This document shows positions 26,940 to 37,073 of a stretch of DNA of 64,000 nucleotides, piece after piece. Under the pieces are notes generated by a model that saw nothing but the letters and a program-made list of their open reading frames with translations, ran no database searches and was not told the origin of the DNA. The position numbers were made by a program, and so were the translations under genes. Each line of letters opens with the position of its first letter. Position 1 is the first letter of the stretch. Source of the stretch: Nitrospinota bacterium (GTDB lineage: Bacteria; Nitrospinota; Nitrospinia; Nitrospinales; VA-1); the NCBI GenBank assembly GCA_009873655.1, contig WAIB01000001.1, positions 2,237-66,236 on the forward strand, read 5' to 3'.

Positions 26940-28489
26940 TGAGACAAACTGTATCAACAAAATGGTTTCTGTTTTCGGAAAAGGATTTCTCCAACGGAAA
27001 TAATATGCCTGAAAAAAATCTAAAAAATTTGATGGCCGGGGTTGAGTCAACCGATTCTATGGGAGATGTTAACCGCCAAATCAATCACATCGCTTTCGAC
27101 TCCAGAAAAGTTCGCCGGGGAGGACTTTTTGTGGCGATTCCCGGAGAAAAATTCAACGGAGAAACCTTTATAAGAGACGCTCTGGATAGGGGGGCGGTTG
27201 CGATCATCACGCAGTCCCCTCTTGATTCTCTTGGCTCCATCTCAATAGATGCGGAAAAGGTTACCGTTTTCTGTGTCGGAGATTCTCGAAAAGCCTTGTC
27301 AAAAATTAGCGCAAATTTCTTTGACCAGCCATCTGAACAGTTGAACTTGACAGGGATAACCGGAACCAACGGGAAGACAACATTAACCTATATTTTAGAA
27401 GCTCTGTCAAAAGCTGACGGTAGACAGGCAGGAATAATTGGAACCATAGATTGCCATTTTGGCGAAACCATTATTCCTGCTGAAATGACCACGCCTGAAT
27501 CTCTCGACCTCAATCAACGTATCCGGCAAATGGCGGATGAGGGAGTTTCAGATTGTTTTCTTGAAGTGTCTTCTCATGCCCTGGCCCAGAAACGTGTTTA
27601 CGATATGAGCTTCGAAACAGGTATTTTCACAAACCTGAGCCGGGACCACCTCGATTTCCATGGCGATATGGAGAGATACAAAAATGCCAAAGCGAAATTG
27701 TTCAGAGAAAACAGGGTTAAAGTTCCCATCACAAACATAGATGATCCAGTGGGTCAGGAATTTGCTGAAGAATTCAATCAAAATGCTGTTTCCACCGGAA
27801 TAAAAAGTGCTGCCGATTTTTGTGCGGAGGATATTGTTCTTGAATCCAAAGGAAGCCGGTTTAATTTGAAAACACCTGATGGTTCCATTGAAATTCGCAC
27901 CAATCTCCTTGGAGAACATAATATTTATAATCTCCTTTCTGCTGCAGCTGCTGCTTCCTCACAGGGGATTTCTTTAGACATCATTCAGAATGTATTCCAG
28001 AAAATTCCGATCATTCCCGGAAGATTCGAAACCGTGGGCATGGGTCAGAGATTTTCCGTACTTGTAGATTATGCTCACACGGAAGATGCGCTTTCAAAAG
28101 CAATCATTGCGGCCAAAACTTTTACCAGAGGAAAGGTGATTGTTGTTTTCGGTTGTGGAGGAGACCGTGACCGTGGAAAAAGGGAAAAAATGGGACAGGC
28201 TGCCCTGCAGAATGCCGATTTCTCTGTTGTCACATCAGACAATCCCCGCACAGAAGATCCGGAACAAATCATTAATGATATCCAAAAAAGGTTTCCCTCA
28301 ACGGGGTCCTATACAGCGATCACAAATCGGCGAGAAGCCATTGAATACGCCCTAAACCGGGCAGAAGAAAATGATCTCGTCTTAATTGCGGGAAAAGGTC
28401 ATGAAGATTATCAGATTGTCGGGACAAAAAAAGAGCATTTTGATGATCGGGAAGTTGCTAGAGAGCTTTTAAGGAAACGAGTGCATTGA
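26939..28489 (+). CDS. murE: UDP-N-acetylmuramoyl-L-alanyl-D-glutamate--2,6-diaminopimelate ligase
   Basis: GITGTNGKTT P-loop and a DNPR motif (SDNPRTEDP) characteristic of meso-DAP-adding MurE. The start is either 26939 (TAATG coupling) or ATG 27005. Confidence 0.9.
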   Translation: MRQTVSTKWFLFSEKDFSNGNNMPEKNLKNLMAGVESTDSMGDVNRQINHIAFDSRKVRRGGLFVAIPGEKFNGETFIRDALDRGAVAIITQSPLDSLGSISIDAEKVTVFCVGDSRKALSKISANFFDQPSEQLNLTGITGTNGKTTLTYILEALSKADGRQAGIIGTIDCHFGETIIPAEMTTPESLDLNQRIRQMADEGVSDCFLEVSSHALAQKRVYDMSFETGIFTNLSRDHLDFHGDMERYKNAKAKLFRENRVKVPITNIDDPVGQEFAEEFNQNAVSTGIKSAADFCAEDIVLESKGSRFNLKTPDGSIEIRTNLLGEHNIYNLLSAAAAASSQGISLDIIQNVFQKIPIIPGRFETVGMGQRFSVLVDYAHTEDALSKAIIAAKTFTRGKVIVVFGCGGDRDRGKREKMGQAALQNADFSVVTSDNPRTEDPEQIINDIQKRFPSTGSYTAITNRREAIEYALNRAEENDLVLIAGKGHEDYQIVGTKKEHFDDREVARELLRKRVH

Positions 28490-29871
28490 TTACAGGCAAG
28501 GCAAAAGACTGCCTGGATGCGGTAAACGGAAAACTATTGCACGGCAGTGAAACAGCGGTATTTCGAGGAGTATCCATAAACTCCCGAACTATCAAACAAG
28601 GAGAATTATTTGTGTGCATTAAAGGTGAAAATTTTGACGGCCATGATTTCATTGAAGATGCCATCAGTAAAGGTGCTGCCGGGATTATCCTGTCTGACAC
28701 CAAAAGCCTTTCGGCAAACATGAACGAAGATTCGCCTTTTGTAATCCAGTCTTCAAGCACTTTAAAGGCATTGCAGGACCTGGCGAGCTATCAGAGATCG
28801 CTTTTCCCTTTTCGAGTCGTCGCGGTAACAGGCACGAATGGAAAATCGACGACCAAGGAAATGATCGCCTCGATCATTGAAGCAAAATATAAAACCCTTA
28901 AGACCCAGGGCAACCTCAATAACCATATTGGCCTCCCGCTTACTTTATTGGCACGAGAACCGGAACATGAAGTGGGTGTCCTTGAAATGGGCATGAGCGC
29001 GGCCGGGGAAATCAAACGGCTCGCTGAAATAGCGAAACCCGATATAGGTGTTATCACAAATATTTCAGCAGGCCATTTAGACCAGCTTAAAACTGTAAAA
29101 GAGGTTCAGGCTGCCAAGGGAGAATTGTTTGACTCTCTCCAAGGTGACGCGACAGCCATTGTCAATGCCGACGATCCTTTGGTTCTGGAACTTTCAAAGT
29201 CGCTTCGGGTAAAAAAAATTACGTACGGAATAGAGCAGCCGGCTGATGTCCGGGCCAGCGATATTCAAAATCAAGGAAGCAAAGGGTTCACCTTTACCGC
29301 AAAAGTTTTTAACCAAACCCTTCCCGTCAAGCTTTCGCAAATTGGATATTGCAATATTTACAACGCCCTCGCGGCATTGGCAACAGGTCATTCGTTAGGC
29401 ATATCCGGAAAAGACATGAATCGAGGACTGGAAAACTACCACCAGATTCCTCAAAGAAATGAGCAAATACATTTTCAGGGGATAACCCTTATCAATGATG
29501 CGTATAACGCGAATCCTCAATCCATGAAAGAGGCCTTAAAAACCTTGTCAGAATTCAATACGCCGGGAAAACGGTTTTTTATCATTGGTGACATGTTGGA
29601 GCTTGGCCCCTTGTCCGAATCTGCCCATCATGAGTTGGGACAAGCAATCGCCCGGTCAAACGTGGACCACCTGGTAACGGTTGGCCCGCTTGCGTCGTTG
29701 GCGGCTAAAACCGCAAAAGAGGCGGGGCAATTGCAAACAGGAAAATTCAATACGCATTCTGAAGCCGTGAAATATCTTTTAAGAAAAGCTAAAAAAGGCG
29801 ATTGCCTGCTCATCAAAGGTTCGCGTGGAGCAAAAATGGAAAATGTTATCCAGGAATTTTTAAAAACCTAA
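28486..29871 (+). CDS. murF: UDP-N-acetylmuramoyl-tripeptide--D-alanyl-D-alanine ligase
   Basis: VTGTNGKSTT P-loop, DAYNANP motif and cluster position. Confidence 0.9.
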   Translation: MITGKAKDCLDAVNGKLLHGSETAVFRGVSINSRTIKQGELFVCIKGENFDGHDFIEDAISKGAAGIILSDTKSLSANMNEDSPFVIQSSSTLKALQDLASYQRSLFPFRVVAVTGTNGKSTTKEMIASIIEAKYKTLKTQGNLNNHIGLPLTLLAREPEHEVGVLEMGMSAAGEIKRLAEIAKPDIGVITNISAGHLDQLKTVKEVQAAKGELFDSLQGDATAIVNADDPLVLELSKSLRVKKITYGIEQPADVRASDIQNQGSKGFTFTAKVFNQTLPVKLSQIGYCNIYNALAALATGHSLGISGKDMNRGLENYHQIPQRNEQIHFQGITLINDAYNANPQSMKEALKTLSEFNTPGKRFFIIGDMLELGPLSESAHHELGQAIARSNVDHLVTVGPLASLAAKTAKEAGQLQTGKFNTHSEAVKYLLRKAKKGDCLLIKGSRGAKMENVIQEFLKT

Positions 29872-29890
29872 AGAGCGAAATTTTTAAATT

Positions 29891-30976
29891 ATGTTTTACC
29901 ACTTGTTCTACCCACTCAGCTCAGAATACTCGATTTTAAATGTATTCAAATACATTACTTTTCGCTCTGCTTACTCTGGTGTTACAGCACTGGCGCTGAG
30001 TTTGATCCTTGGTAACCTGATGATACAAATGCTGCAGAAATTTCAGATCGGAGAAAAAATTAGAGATGACGGCCCGGAGCATCATGCCTCAAAGTCAGGC
30101 ACCCCAACCATGGGCGGACTTCTGATACTGGTGACATTTTTGGTCTCAACCTTATTGTGGGCAAATCTGGGAAACAATTATATCTGGCTTATCATTTTTG
30201 CGACCCTTGGTTTTGGAGCAATTGGGTTTAGAGACGATATTTTAAAACTAAAAAAAGGAGAGGGGATTTCCGCCAAAGAAAAACTCTTCCTCCAGATATT
30301 AGTAAGTTTTTCAGTTGGGATTTATTTGCTCTACTTTGATCCGGCACGGACAGATTACGCCACGCTGTTGTCCGTTCCTTTTTTTAAAGAGTTTCAACCT
30401 GACCTGGGGTTTTTATATCTTTTCTTCATTGTTTTTATCATGGTCGGGACATCTAACGCTGTGAACCTGACAGATGGTCTGGATGGTCTGGCAATCGGCC
30501 CAATTATAATCGCCACCCTGACTTATACCGGCATCGTCTACATCTGCGGTCATGTCAAGTTTGCCGAGTATCTCCGAATTCAATACATAAAAGACGCAGG
30601 AGAAATCGCCGTTGCCAGTTCGGCTGTTCTGGGGGCAAGCCTGGGTTTTCTCTGGTACAACTCCTACCCCGCGCAGGTTTTCATGGGAGATGTCGGATCA
30701 TTGTCACTTGGAGGAATGATAGGAACCATCGCGGTTATTTCAAAGCATGAGTTACTTTTAATCCTCATTGGCGGGATTTTTGTTATCGAAGCTTTGTCGG
30801 TAATTATTCAAGTAGCCTACTTCAAATACACAGGGGGTAAACGGTTTTTTAAAATGGCGCCCCTTCATCATCATTTTGAAGAATTAGGCTGGTCAGAACC
30901 AAAGGTCATTGTTCGGTTTTGGATTGTCGCCGTCGTTTTGGCAATGATCAGTTTGAGCACATTGAAACTCAGATGA
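29891..30976 (+). CDS. mraY: phospho-N-acetylmuramoyl-pentapeptide transferase
   Basis: KSGTPTMGG, NAVNLTDGLDGLA and APLHHHFE motifs. Confidence 0.95.
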   Translation: MFYHLFYPLSSEYSILNVFKYITFRSAYSGVTALALSLILGNLMIQMLQKFQIGEKIRDDGPEHHASKSGTPTMGGLLILVTFLVSTLLWANLGNNYIWLIIFATLGFGAIGFRDDILKLKKGEGISAKEKLFLQILVSFSVGIYLLYFDPARTDYATLLSVPFFKEFQPDLGFLYLFFIVFIMVGTSNAVNLTDGLDGLAIGPIIIATLTYTGIVYICGHVKFAEYLRIQYIKDAGEIAVASSAVLGASLGFLWYNSYPAQVFMGDVGSLSLGGMIGTIAVISKHELLLILIGGIFVIEALSVIIQVAYFKYTGGKRFFKMAPLHHHFEELGWSEPKVIVRFWIVAVVLAMISLSTLKLR

Positions 30977-32313
30977 TTATGGACTTAAAAAATAAAATAA
31001 TATCGGTAATTGGAATGGGAAAAACAGGTGTTGCGACAGCCAACTTTCTTTCCCGCCGAGGTGCCAGGGTTTCCATAATGGACAGCAAGCCCGGCGACCA
31101 GTTATCTGGACTTGCAAACCAGGTATTGCCTGAGGTGGAAGCCGTATATGAAAACTGTGAACCTCTTGCCGATTCAGACCTGGTGGTGATCAGTCCCGGG
31201 GTGGATATTGGATCGGGTTTTCTTGAGAAATCCCGTCAAAAAGGAACTGAAATTATCAGTGAAATTGAACTGGCAAGCAGAGTCAACAGTGCCGCCCTCA
31301 TCGGCGTTACGGGCACTAATGGAAAATCCACCTGCACCCGATTGATTGAGGAAATTCTGGTTGAAAGCGGAAAAAATGTTCAAGCTGGAGGAAACCTGGG
31401 AACACCTTTCATTTCCCTTTTCGACCAGGGAACCCCTCAATACCGGGTGCTTGAAATTTCCAGTTTTCAAATGGAAGCCACTCACAGCTTTCATCCCCGG
31501 ATCGCTATTATCCTAAACATTACTCCGGATCATTTAGACAGGCATAAAAGTTTTGAGCAATACGCAGGCTTGAAAGAGAAAATTTACGCAAACCAGACCG
31601 AAAAAGATTTTCTTATTCTAAATCACGATGATCCCAAAACAAGCTCTTTGGGAACAAACTGTCCGGCCAGAAAAATCTTCTTTAGCCTGGAAAGTGAATT
31701 GGAAACCGGATCCTATATTAAACAGGAAAAAATATTTGCACGCATAAATAATTTTGAGGGTGAAGTTTTCCCCCTAAGCTCTCTCTCGCGTGGGTTGCGC
31801 TGGCAGGTTGAAAATGTTTTACCCGCTGTGGCCACTGCCCTGCTGCTTGAAATTCCTTTGCCATCCATTAAAAAGGTTTTGGAAAATTTCAAGGGACTGG
31901 AACATAGGCTGGAATGGGTATGCAGCCGGGACGGGGTGGACTACATCAACGATTCAAAGGGAACCAACGTAGGCTCAGCGTGCAAATCATTAAACACTTT
32001 TGACCGTCCAATCATTCTGATTGCGGGAGGCAAGGATAAAAACGCTGACTTTTCCCCATTAAAAAAAATATTGAAGGAAAAGGTGAAGCATTTGGTTTTA
32101 ATTGGTGAAACCAGGCCAAAGTTTAGAAGTGTGTTAAATGGGTCTTTTGGATATGAAGAGTCGGATTCCCTGGAAGATGCGGTCCGCAAGGCAAAGGGAA
32201 AAGCTGAAAAGGGAGATGTTGTCCTTTTTTCTCCGGCCTGCGCCAGCTTTGACATGTTTAAAGACTTTATTGATCGCGGGAACCAGTTTAAGTCTATCGT
32301 GAACAATCTTTAG
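30973..32313 (+). CDS. murD: UDP-N-acetylmuramoylalanine--D-glutamate ligase
   Basis: VIGMGKTGVA and VTGTNGKST motifs. ATG 30973 overlaps the mraY stop (ATGA). The tracked 30919 start is an in-frame extension into mraY. Confidence 0.9.
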   Translation: MIMDLKNKIISVIGMGKTGVATANFLSRRGARVSIMDSKPGDQLSGLANQVLPEVEAVYENCEPLADSDLVVISPGVDIGSGFLEKSRQKGTEIISEIELASRVNSAALIGVTGTNGKSTCTRLIEEILVESGKNVQAGGNLGTPFISLFDQGTPQYRVLEISSFQMEATHSFHPRIAIILNITPDHLDRHKSFEQYAGLKEKIYANQTEKDFLILNHDDPKTSSLGTNCPARKIFFSLESELETGSYIKQEKIFARINNFEGEVFPLSSLSRGLRWQVENVLPAVATALLLEIPLPSIKKVLENFKGLEHRLEWVCSRDGVDYINDSKGTNVGSACKSLNTFDRPIILIAGGKDKNADFSPLKKILKEKVKHLVLIGETRPKFRSVLNGSFGYEESDSLEDAVRKAKGKAEKGDVVLFSPACASFDMFKDFIDRGNQFKSIVNNL

Positions 32314-32325
32314 GAATGATGAACA

Positions 32326-33438
32326 TTGAAAGAAACACGTCAAAAACATTCCGGTTGCGATTCAATTCTATGCGTAACAGTGGCCATCCTGGTCCTGATA
32401 GGCATTGTAATGGTATTCAGCTCAAGCGCGGCTTATACCGTGAAAGAGCACAACGACTCTTATTATTTTCTCAAACGGCAGGTTCTATGGTGTCTGCTGG
32501 GGACAGGTTTGTTGTTAATCACAAAAAGTCTGGACTACCACAAACTCCACCAGTACACCTACCCGATCATGATCTTTACTTTCCTGTTATTGATAATAGT
32601 CATGTTCCCCGAATTCAGCAAAAAGGTAGGCGGGGCTCGCCGGTGGTTGACCTTTGGAGGTTTCTCCTTCCAGCCTTCAGAGCTGGCAAAGTTCACTCTG
32701 GTCCTGTTTATTGCAAAGTCGCTTGTGAAACGAGCCGACAAGTTGAGAAATTTTGCTTACGGTTATTTGCCCAACCTGATTGTCCTGGGTTTCTTTTTCA
32801 TTCCCATTTTGTTTCAGCCCGATTTTGGAACCGCAATGGTTATTTTTGCGGTCACTTTCACCATGCTTTTTATAGCCGGGCTCAGGAAAAAATTTCTGGT
32901 TCTTTCAATCCTGGCAATAGTCCCTTTTATTGCCTCAGCGATTTTAACCGCCGAATACCGGACTCGAAGAATCATTGCCTTCCTGAATCCGTGGGAAGAC
33001 CCTTCGGGAATAGGGTTTCAAGTCATACAGTCTTTTTACGCTTTTGGAAGAGGCGGTTTCTGGGGCACGGGTTTGGGAGAAAGTTCACAAAAACTTTTTC
33101 GTCTTCCAGAAGCTCACACGGATTTTATCTTTTCCGTCATCGGAGAAGAGTTGGGTTTTGTCGGAACTACGGGGATTGTTCTCCTGTTCTCAATTTTCAT
33201 CTGGAGAGGTTTTTTGACCGCTTACCGGGCGAAGGATCCCTTTGGGACACACTTGGCCACAGGGTTGACCCTGCTGATCGGATTACAGGCTTTTATAAAC
33301 CTGGGAGTAGCTTCGGGTCTCCTCCCTACAAAGGGGTTGACCTTGCCTTTTATAAGCATGGGAGGGTCGTCGATGCTGGTGACGATGCTTTCCGTAGGCG
33401 TAATACTAAATATTTCAGAGCAAGCTGCAAAACGTTAA
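32326..33438 (+). CDS. ftsW: SEDS-family peptidoglycan glycosyltransferase FtsW
   Basis: FQPSELAK, PDFGTA, LPEAHTDFIFSVIGEELGF and LPTKGLTLPFISMGGSS motifs. Confidence 0.9.
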   Translation: MKETRQKHSGCDSILCVTVAILVLIGIVMVFSSSAAYTVKEHNDSYYFLKRQVLWCLLGTGLLLITKSLDYHKLHQYTYPIMIFTFLLLIIVMFPEFSKKVGGARRWLTFGGFSFQPSELAKFTLVLFIAKSLVKRADKLRNFAYGYLPNLIVLGFFFIPILFQPDFGTAMVIFAVTFTMLFIAGLRKKFLVLSILAIVPFIASAILTAEYRTRRIIAFLNPWEDPSGIGFQVIQSFYAFGRGGFWGTGLGESSQKLFRLPEAHTDFIFSVIGEELGFVGTTGIVLLFSIFIWRGFLTAYRAKDPFGTHLATGLTLLIGLQAFINLGVASGLLPTKGLTLPFISMGGSSMLVTMLSVGVILNISEQAAKR

Positions 33439-33448
33439 TGATGAATTA

Positions 33449-34597
33449 ATGAGAAAGCGAGTTGTTATAGCGGGTGGTGGGACAGGCGGCCACCTTTATC
33501 CCGGAATTGCTCTAGCGAGAGCACTCATGAGGCACGATATGGACATTGAAATATCATTCGTAGGAACCCAGAAAGGTCTCGAAGCAAAAGTTTTGCCACG
33601 CGAAGGATTCGATTTAAAAACCATCCTTTCAGCAGGTTTGCTTGGTAAAAAGAAAATTGCCCGTTGGGTGTCCTGGTTCAAACTCCCTATTGGCACTGCT
33701 CAATCTATGTGTTTTTTAATTAGAAAACGCCCGGGGCTGGTAGTTGGAGTCGGCGGATACGCATCGGGTCCCCTTGTTCTTTCTGCCTGGATCCTTCGAA
33801 TTCCTATTTTAATTCACGAGCAGAATTCCATTCCGGGAATGACAAACAAGTGGTTGGGGAAAATTGCCGACAAGATCGCTGTTTCATTTAAAGAATCATC
33901 CAAATCATTTCCAAAAGAAAAAGTAGAAGTCACGGGAAATATGATTCGCGATGAGTTTTGTCAGCCAAAAGAAGAAGTTTCACCCAAACCGGAAGGCCCC
34001 TTTCGGGTTCTGGTTCTTGGCGGGAGCCAGGGTGCGCATTCCATAAACATGGCTATGGTCGAAGCATTGCAATCCCTCTCGGAGAAAAAGGAAGATATGC
34101 ATATCACCCACCAGACAGGAGAAGCTGATTTTGAAAAGGTGAGCAAGGAATATAAGGAAAACAACTTTTCTTCCGACATACGCCCGTTCATTGATGACAT
34201 GGGTGAACAGTATAGAAAAGCATCATTGGTTATTTGCCGTGCCGGTGCCACAACCCTTGCGGAAGTCACTGCCTGCGGCAAAATGTCTATTCTGATTCCC
34301 TTTCCACATGCCGCACACAACCACCAGGAAAAAAACGCACGCATTCTCGAAGCAGCAAATGCCGGGGAATTGGTATTGGATGAAGAACTTTCTGGTCCGC
34401 GAATCGCGAAGTCCATTATTCAGGCGATGGAAGATCCGGAACGTTTGGAAACCATGGAAGGAAACAGCTACAAACTTGGAAATAGAGACGCAACGGAAAA
34501 AGTAAGACGACTTTGCATGGAATTGCTGGATGAAACTTATAGAAAATCCGGAAGAACAAAAAAAATGCAAGGAAATTATGTTTTGTCATGTTTTTAG
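33449..34597 (+). CDS. murG: UDP-N-acetylglucosamine--N-acetylmuramyl-(pentapeptide) pyrophosphoryl-undecaprenol GlcNAc transferase
   Basis: AGGGTGGHLYPGIALA N-terminus, plus HEQN and RAGATTLAE motifs. Confidence 0.9.
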   Translation: MRKRVVIAGGGTGGHLYPGIALARALMRHDMDIEISFVGTQKGLEAKVLPREGFDLKTILSAGLLGKKKIARWVSWFKLPIGTAQSMCFLIRKRPGLVVGVGGYASGPLVLSAWILRIPILIHEQNSIPGMTNKWLGKIADKIAVSFKESSKSFPKEKVEVTGNMIRDEFCQPKEEVSPKPEGPFRVLVLGGSQGAHSINMAMVEALQSLSEKKEDMHITHQTGEADFEKVSKEYKENNFSSDIRPFIDDMGEQYRKASLVICRAGATTLAEVTACGKMSILIPFPHAAHNHQEKNARILEAANAGELVLDEELSGPRIAKSIIQAMEDPERLETMEGNSYKLGNRDATEKVRRLCMELLDETYRKSGRTKKMQGNYVLSCF

Positions 34598-35958
34598 GAA
34601 AAACACAACGGATTCATTTCATTGGAATCGGAGGTTCGGGAATGAGCGGAATCGCTGAAGTATTGATCAACCAGGATTACGATGTCAGCGGCTCGGATCA
34701 ATCTAAATCTTCCGTAACAGACCATTTGGAATCTTTGGGTGCTGAAATTCAATTCAATCATAAACCCGAAAATGTCTACGGCAAACATGTGGTTGTGGTC
34801 TCCAGTGCAATAAAAAATGACAACCCGGAAGTAAAAGCCGCAAGAGAACAAATGATACCGGTAATACCAAGAGCGGAAATGCTGGCGGAACTGATGAGAA
34901 TGAAACATGGAATTGCCATCGCCGGCACCCATGGAAAAACCACAACGACTTCTCTGATGGCAACGGTTCTCGGGCATCTGGACCCAACCGTAATCGTTGG
35001 AGGAAAACTCAAGAATATGGGAGGGCATGCAAAACTGGGGCAAAGCAAATTTCTTGTTGCCGAAGCGGATGAAAGTGACGGGTCGTTTTTAAAACTTTCC
35101 CCTACCCTTGCAGTGGTGACCACGCTGGATGAAGAACATATGGACTATTACCAGAATATGCAGAATATGAAATCCGCTTTCCTGGAGTTCCTGAACAAGG
35201 TTCCTTTTTATGGAAGCGCGGTGATTTGCATGGACGATCCGAACCTGCAATCGCTCCTTCCCAGAATTGAAAAAAGAACCATCACTTATGGACTCAAAAC
35301 ACAGGCCGACTATACAGCCCGGGAAATATCTGTGAATGGATTAAAAACAAGTTTTACCGTCTTCCACCAGGGAAAGAAGCTGGGACGCATAACATCTGAA
35401 ACCCTGGGAAATCATAATGTGTGCAACACATTGGCAGCCGTTGCGGTGGGAATGGAGTTAAACATGGAATTCCCCGTGATCGTGGAGGCATTAAAAAATT
35501 TCTCTGGAGTTCAAAGACGATTTGAAATTCTGAAACAATCGGACGACCTGATCATAGTTGATGATTACGGGCATCACCCGGCGGAAATCCAGGCCACTTT
35601 AGCCACTGCCAAAACGGTCTGGCCTGACCGGAGATTAGTCGTGGTTTTCCAGCCACATCGTTATTCACGGACTTTAAACCTGCTGGAAAGCTTTTATTCA
35701 TCGTTTAACGATGCGGATCAGTTGATCCTTTTGGACATCTATGGCGCGGGAGAAAAACCCATTGAAGGAATAGACTCTCGGAAAATAGCCCAAGGTATTC
35801 GGGAGTTTGGACACAAACACGTGGACTACAGGGAAAAGGCGGATACTTTAGTTCCACAATTAAAAAACTCCCTGCAACCCGGAGACGTACTTTTGACTCT
35901 GGGCGCAGGAAATATCGGGGAATTGGCGCACAAGTTCGTCGCCCAATTCCATGATTGA
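34588..35958 (+). CDS. murC: UDP-N-acetylmuramate--L-alanine ligase
   Basis: IHFIGIGGSGMSGIAEVL and AGTHGKTTTTS motifs. Confidence 0.9.
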   Translation: MFLGKTQRIHFIGIGGSGMSGIAEVLINQDYDVSGSDQSKSSVTDHLESLGAEIQFNHKPENVYGKHVVVVSSAIKNDNPEVKAAREQMIPVIPRAEMLAELMRMKHGIAIAGTHGKTTTTSLMATVLGHLDPTVIVGGKLKNMGGHAKLGQSKFLVAEADESDGSFLKLSPTLAVVTTLDEEHMDYYQNMQNMKSAFLEFLNKVPFYGSAVICMDDPNLQSLLPRIEKRTITYGLKTQADYTAREISVNGLKTSFTVFHQGKKLGRITSETLGNHNVCNTLAAVAVGMELNMEFPVIVEALKNFSGVQRRFEILKQSDDLIIVDDYGHHPAEIQATLATAKTVWPDRRLVVVFQPHRYSRTLNLLESFYSSFNDADQLILLDIYGAGEKPIEGIDSRKIAQGIREFGHKHVDYREKADTLVPQLKNSLQPGDVLLTLGAGNIGELAHKFVAQFHD

Positions 35959-35987
35959 TAGCCCCAAAGAAGAGAGGACTTTCATTT

Positions 35988-37043
35988 ATGTTGAACGAAG
36001 CATGGAAACGAAGATTGATTCACATTGCGCATTCAGGGACTGGGAAAGAATTTAATCTCAAAACCCGAATGGCGTTTCCGAAAACCGTTCTGGGACAAAA
36101 AATTCATCAGAGTAAAACTATGAGCCAAACATTCCCCTGGTTACACAAAATTAAAGGTAAGGTTTTGCAAGACGAATTGCTTGCCAATCATACTTCGATT
36201 CAAATTGGAGGTCCTGCCGATTTTTTAATATTCCCTGAAGATACCCAGGATATTCAGACTATCCTTAAAAACAGGGGAAAAACACCCATATACATTCTGG
36301 GTGAAGGAACTAATTTGCTGGTCAGTGATCGCGGAATAAGAGGTGTCGTCATATCTTTAAAAGAATGCTTTAAAGAAATCAAACGGCCGCTTTTCTTTAA
36401 AAAAGAAGAAACAGAAAGGCGTGCGGTTATAAAAGTAGGGGCGGGAGCCAAAATGTCTTACCTCGCAAAACATGCGGCACGGTTTTCCCTGACCGGCATT
36501 GAACATCTTGTTGGAATACCGGGCTCTTTAGGAGGCGCGATAATCATGAACGCCGGGGCTGAAGGCACAGAAATTGGATCCGTTATCCGCAGCGTAACGC
36601 GTATTACCCGAAATGGGGAAATAGAAACTTTAAAGCCCGAAGACCTGTCATTCCAATACCGGAAAACGGTTTTCCCGGATGAGGCTGGAATAATAATTGA
36701 AGCAGAAATCGAATTAAAAGAAGGTGATCGTTCTGAAATAGCAGCTACCATGGATCGCCATCTATCCAGACGATCACAAACCCAGCCCCTTACCATCCCC
36801 AACTCGGGTTCAATATTTAAAAATCCTGAAGGAGATGCGGCCGGAAGAATTATAGAGTCGTTAGGCCTGAAAGGCTATTCCATCGGAAAAGCGGGCGTAT
36901 CAATCAGGCATGCAAATTTTATTGTAAACAAAGGCGGGGCTACAGCTAAAGAGGTCACTGAATTGATCAAGCATATTCAAAAAGAGGTGAAAGAAAAAAC
37001 CAATATTGATCTGCAAACGGAAATTGTGATTATCGGAGATTAG
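35988..37043 (+). CDS. murB: UDP-N-acetylenolpyruvoylglucosamine reductase
   Basis: LANHTSIQIGGPADF FAD-binding N-terminus and the SGSIFKNP motif. The start is uncertain: TTG 35955, ATG 35988 (preceded by GAGAGGA) or ATG 36120 (best length match to short MurB). Confidence 0.85.
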   Translation: MLNEAWKRRLIHIAHSGTGKEFNLKTRMAFPKTVLGQKIHQSKTMSQTFPWLHKIKGKVLQDELLANHTSIQIGGPADFLIFPEDTQDIQTILKNRGKTPIYILGEGTNLLVSDRGIRGVVISLKECFKEIKRPLFFKKEETERRAVIKVGAGAKMSYLAKHAARFSLTGIEHLVGIPGSLGGAIIMNAGAEGTEIGSVIRSVTRITRNGEIETLKPEDLSFQYRKTVFPDEAGIIIEAEIELKEGDRSEIAATMDRHLSRRSQTQPLTIPNSGSIFKNPEGDAAGRIIESLGLKGYSIGKAGVSIRHANFIVNKGGATAKEVTELIKHIQKEVKEKTNIDLQTEIVIIGD

Positions 37044-37073
37044 TTTCGGAGGAAATTTTATTTTAAGGTCCGC

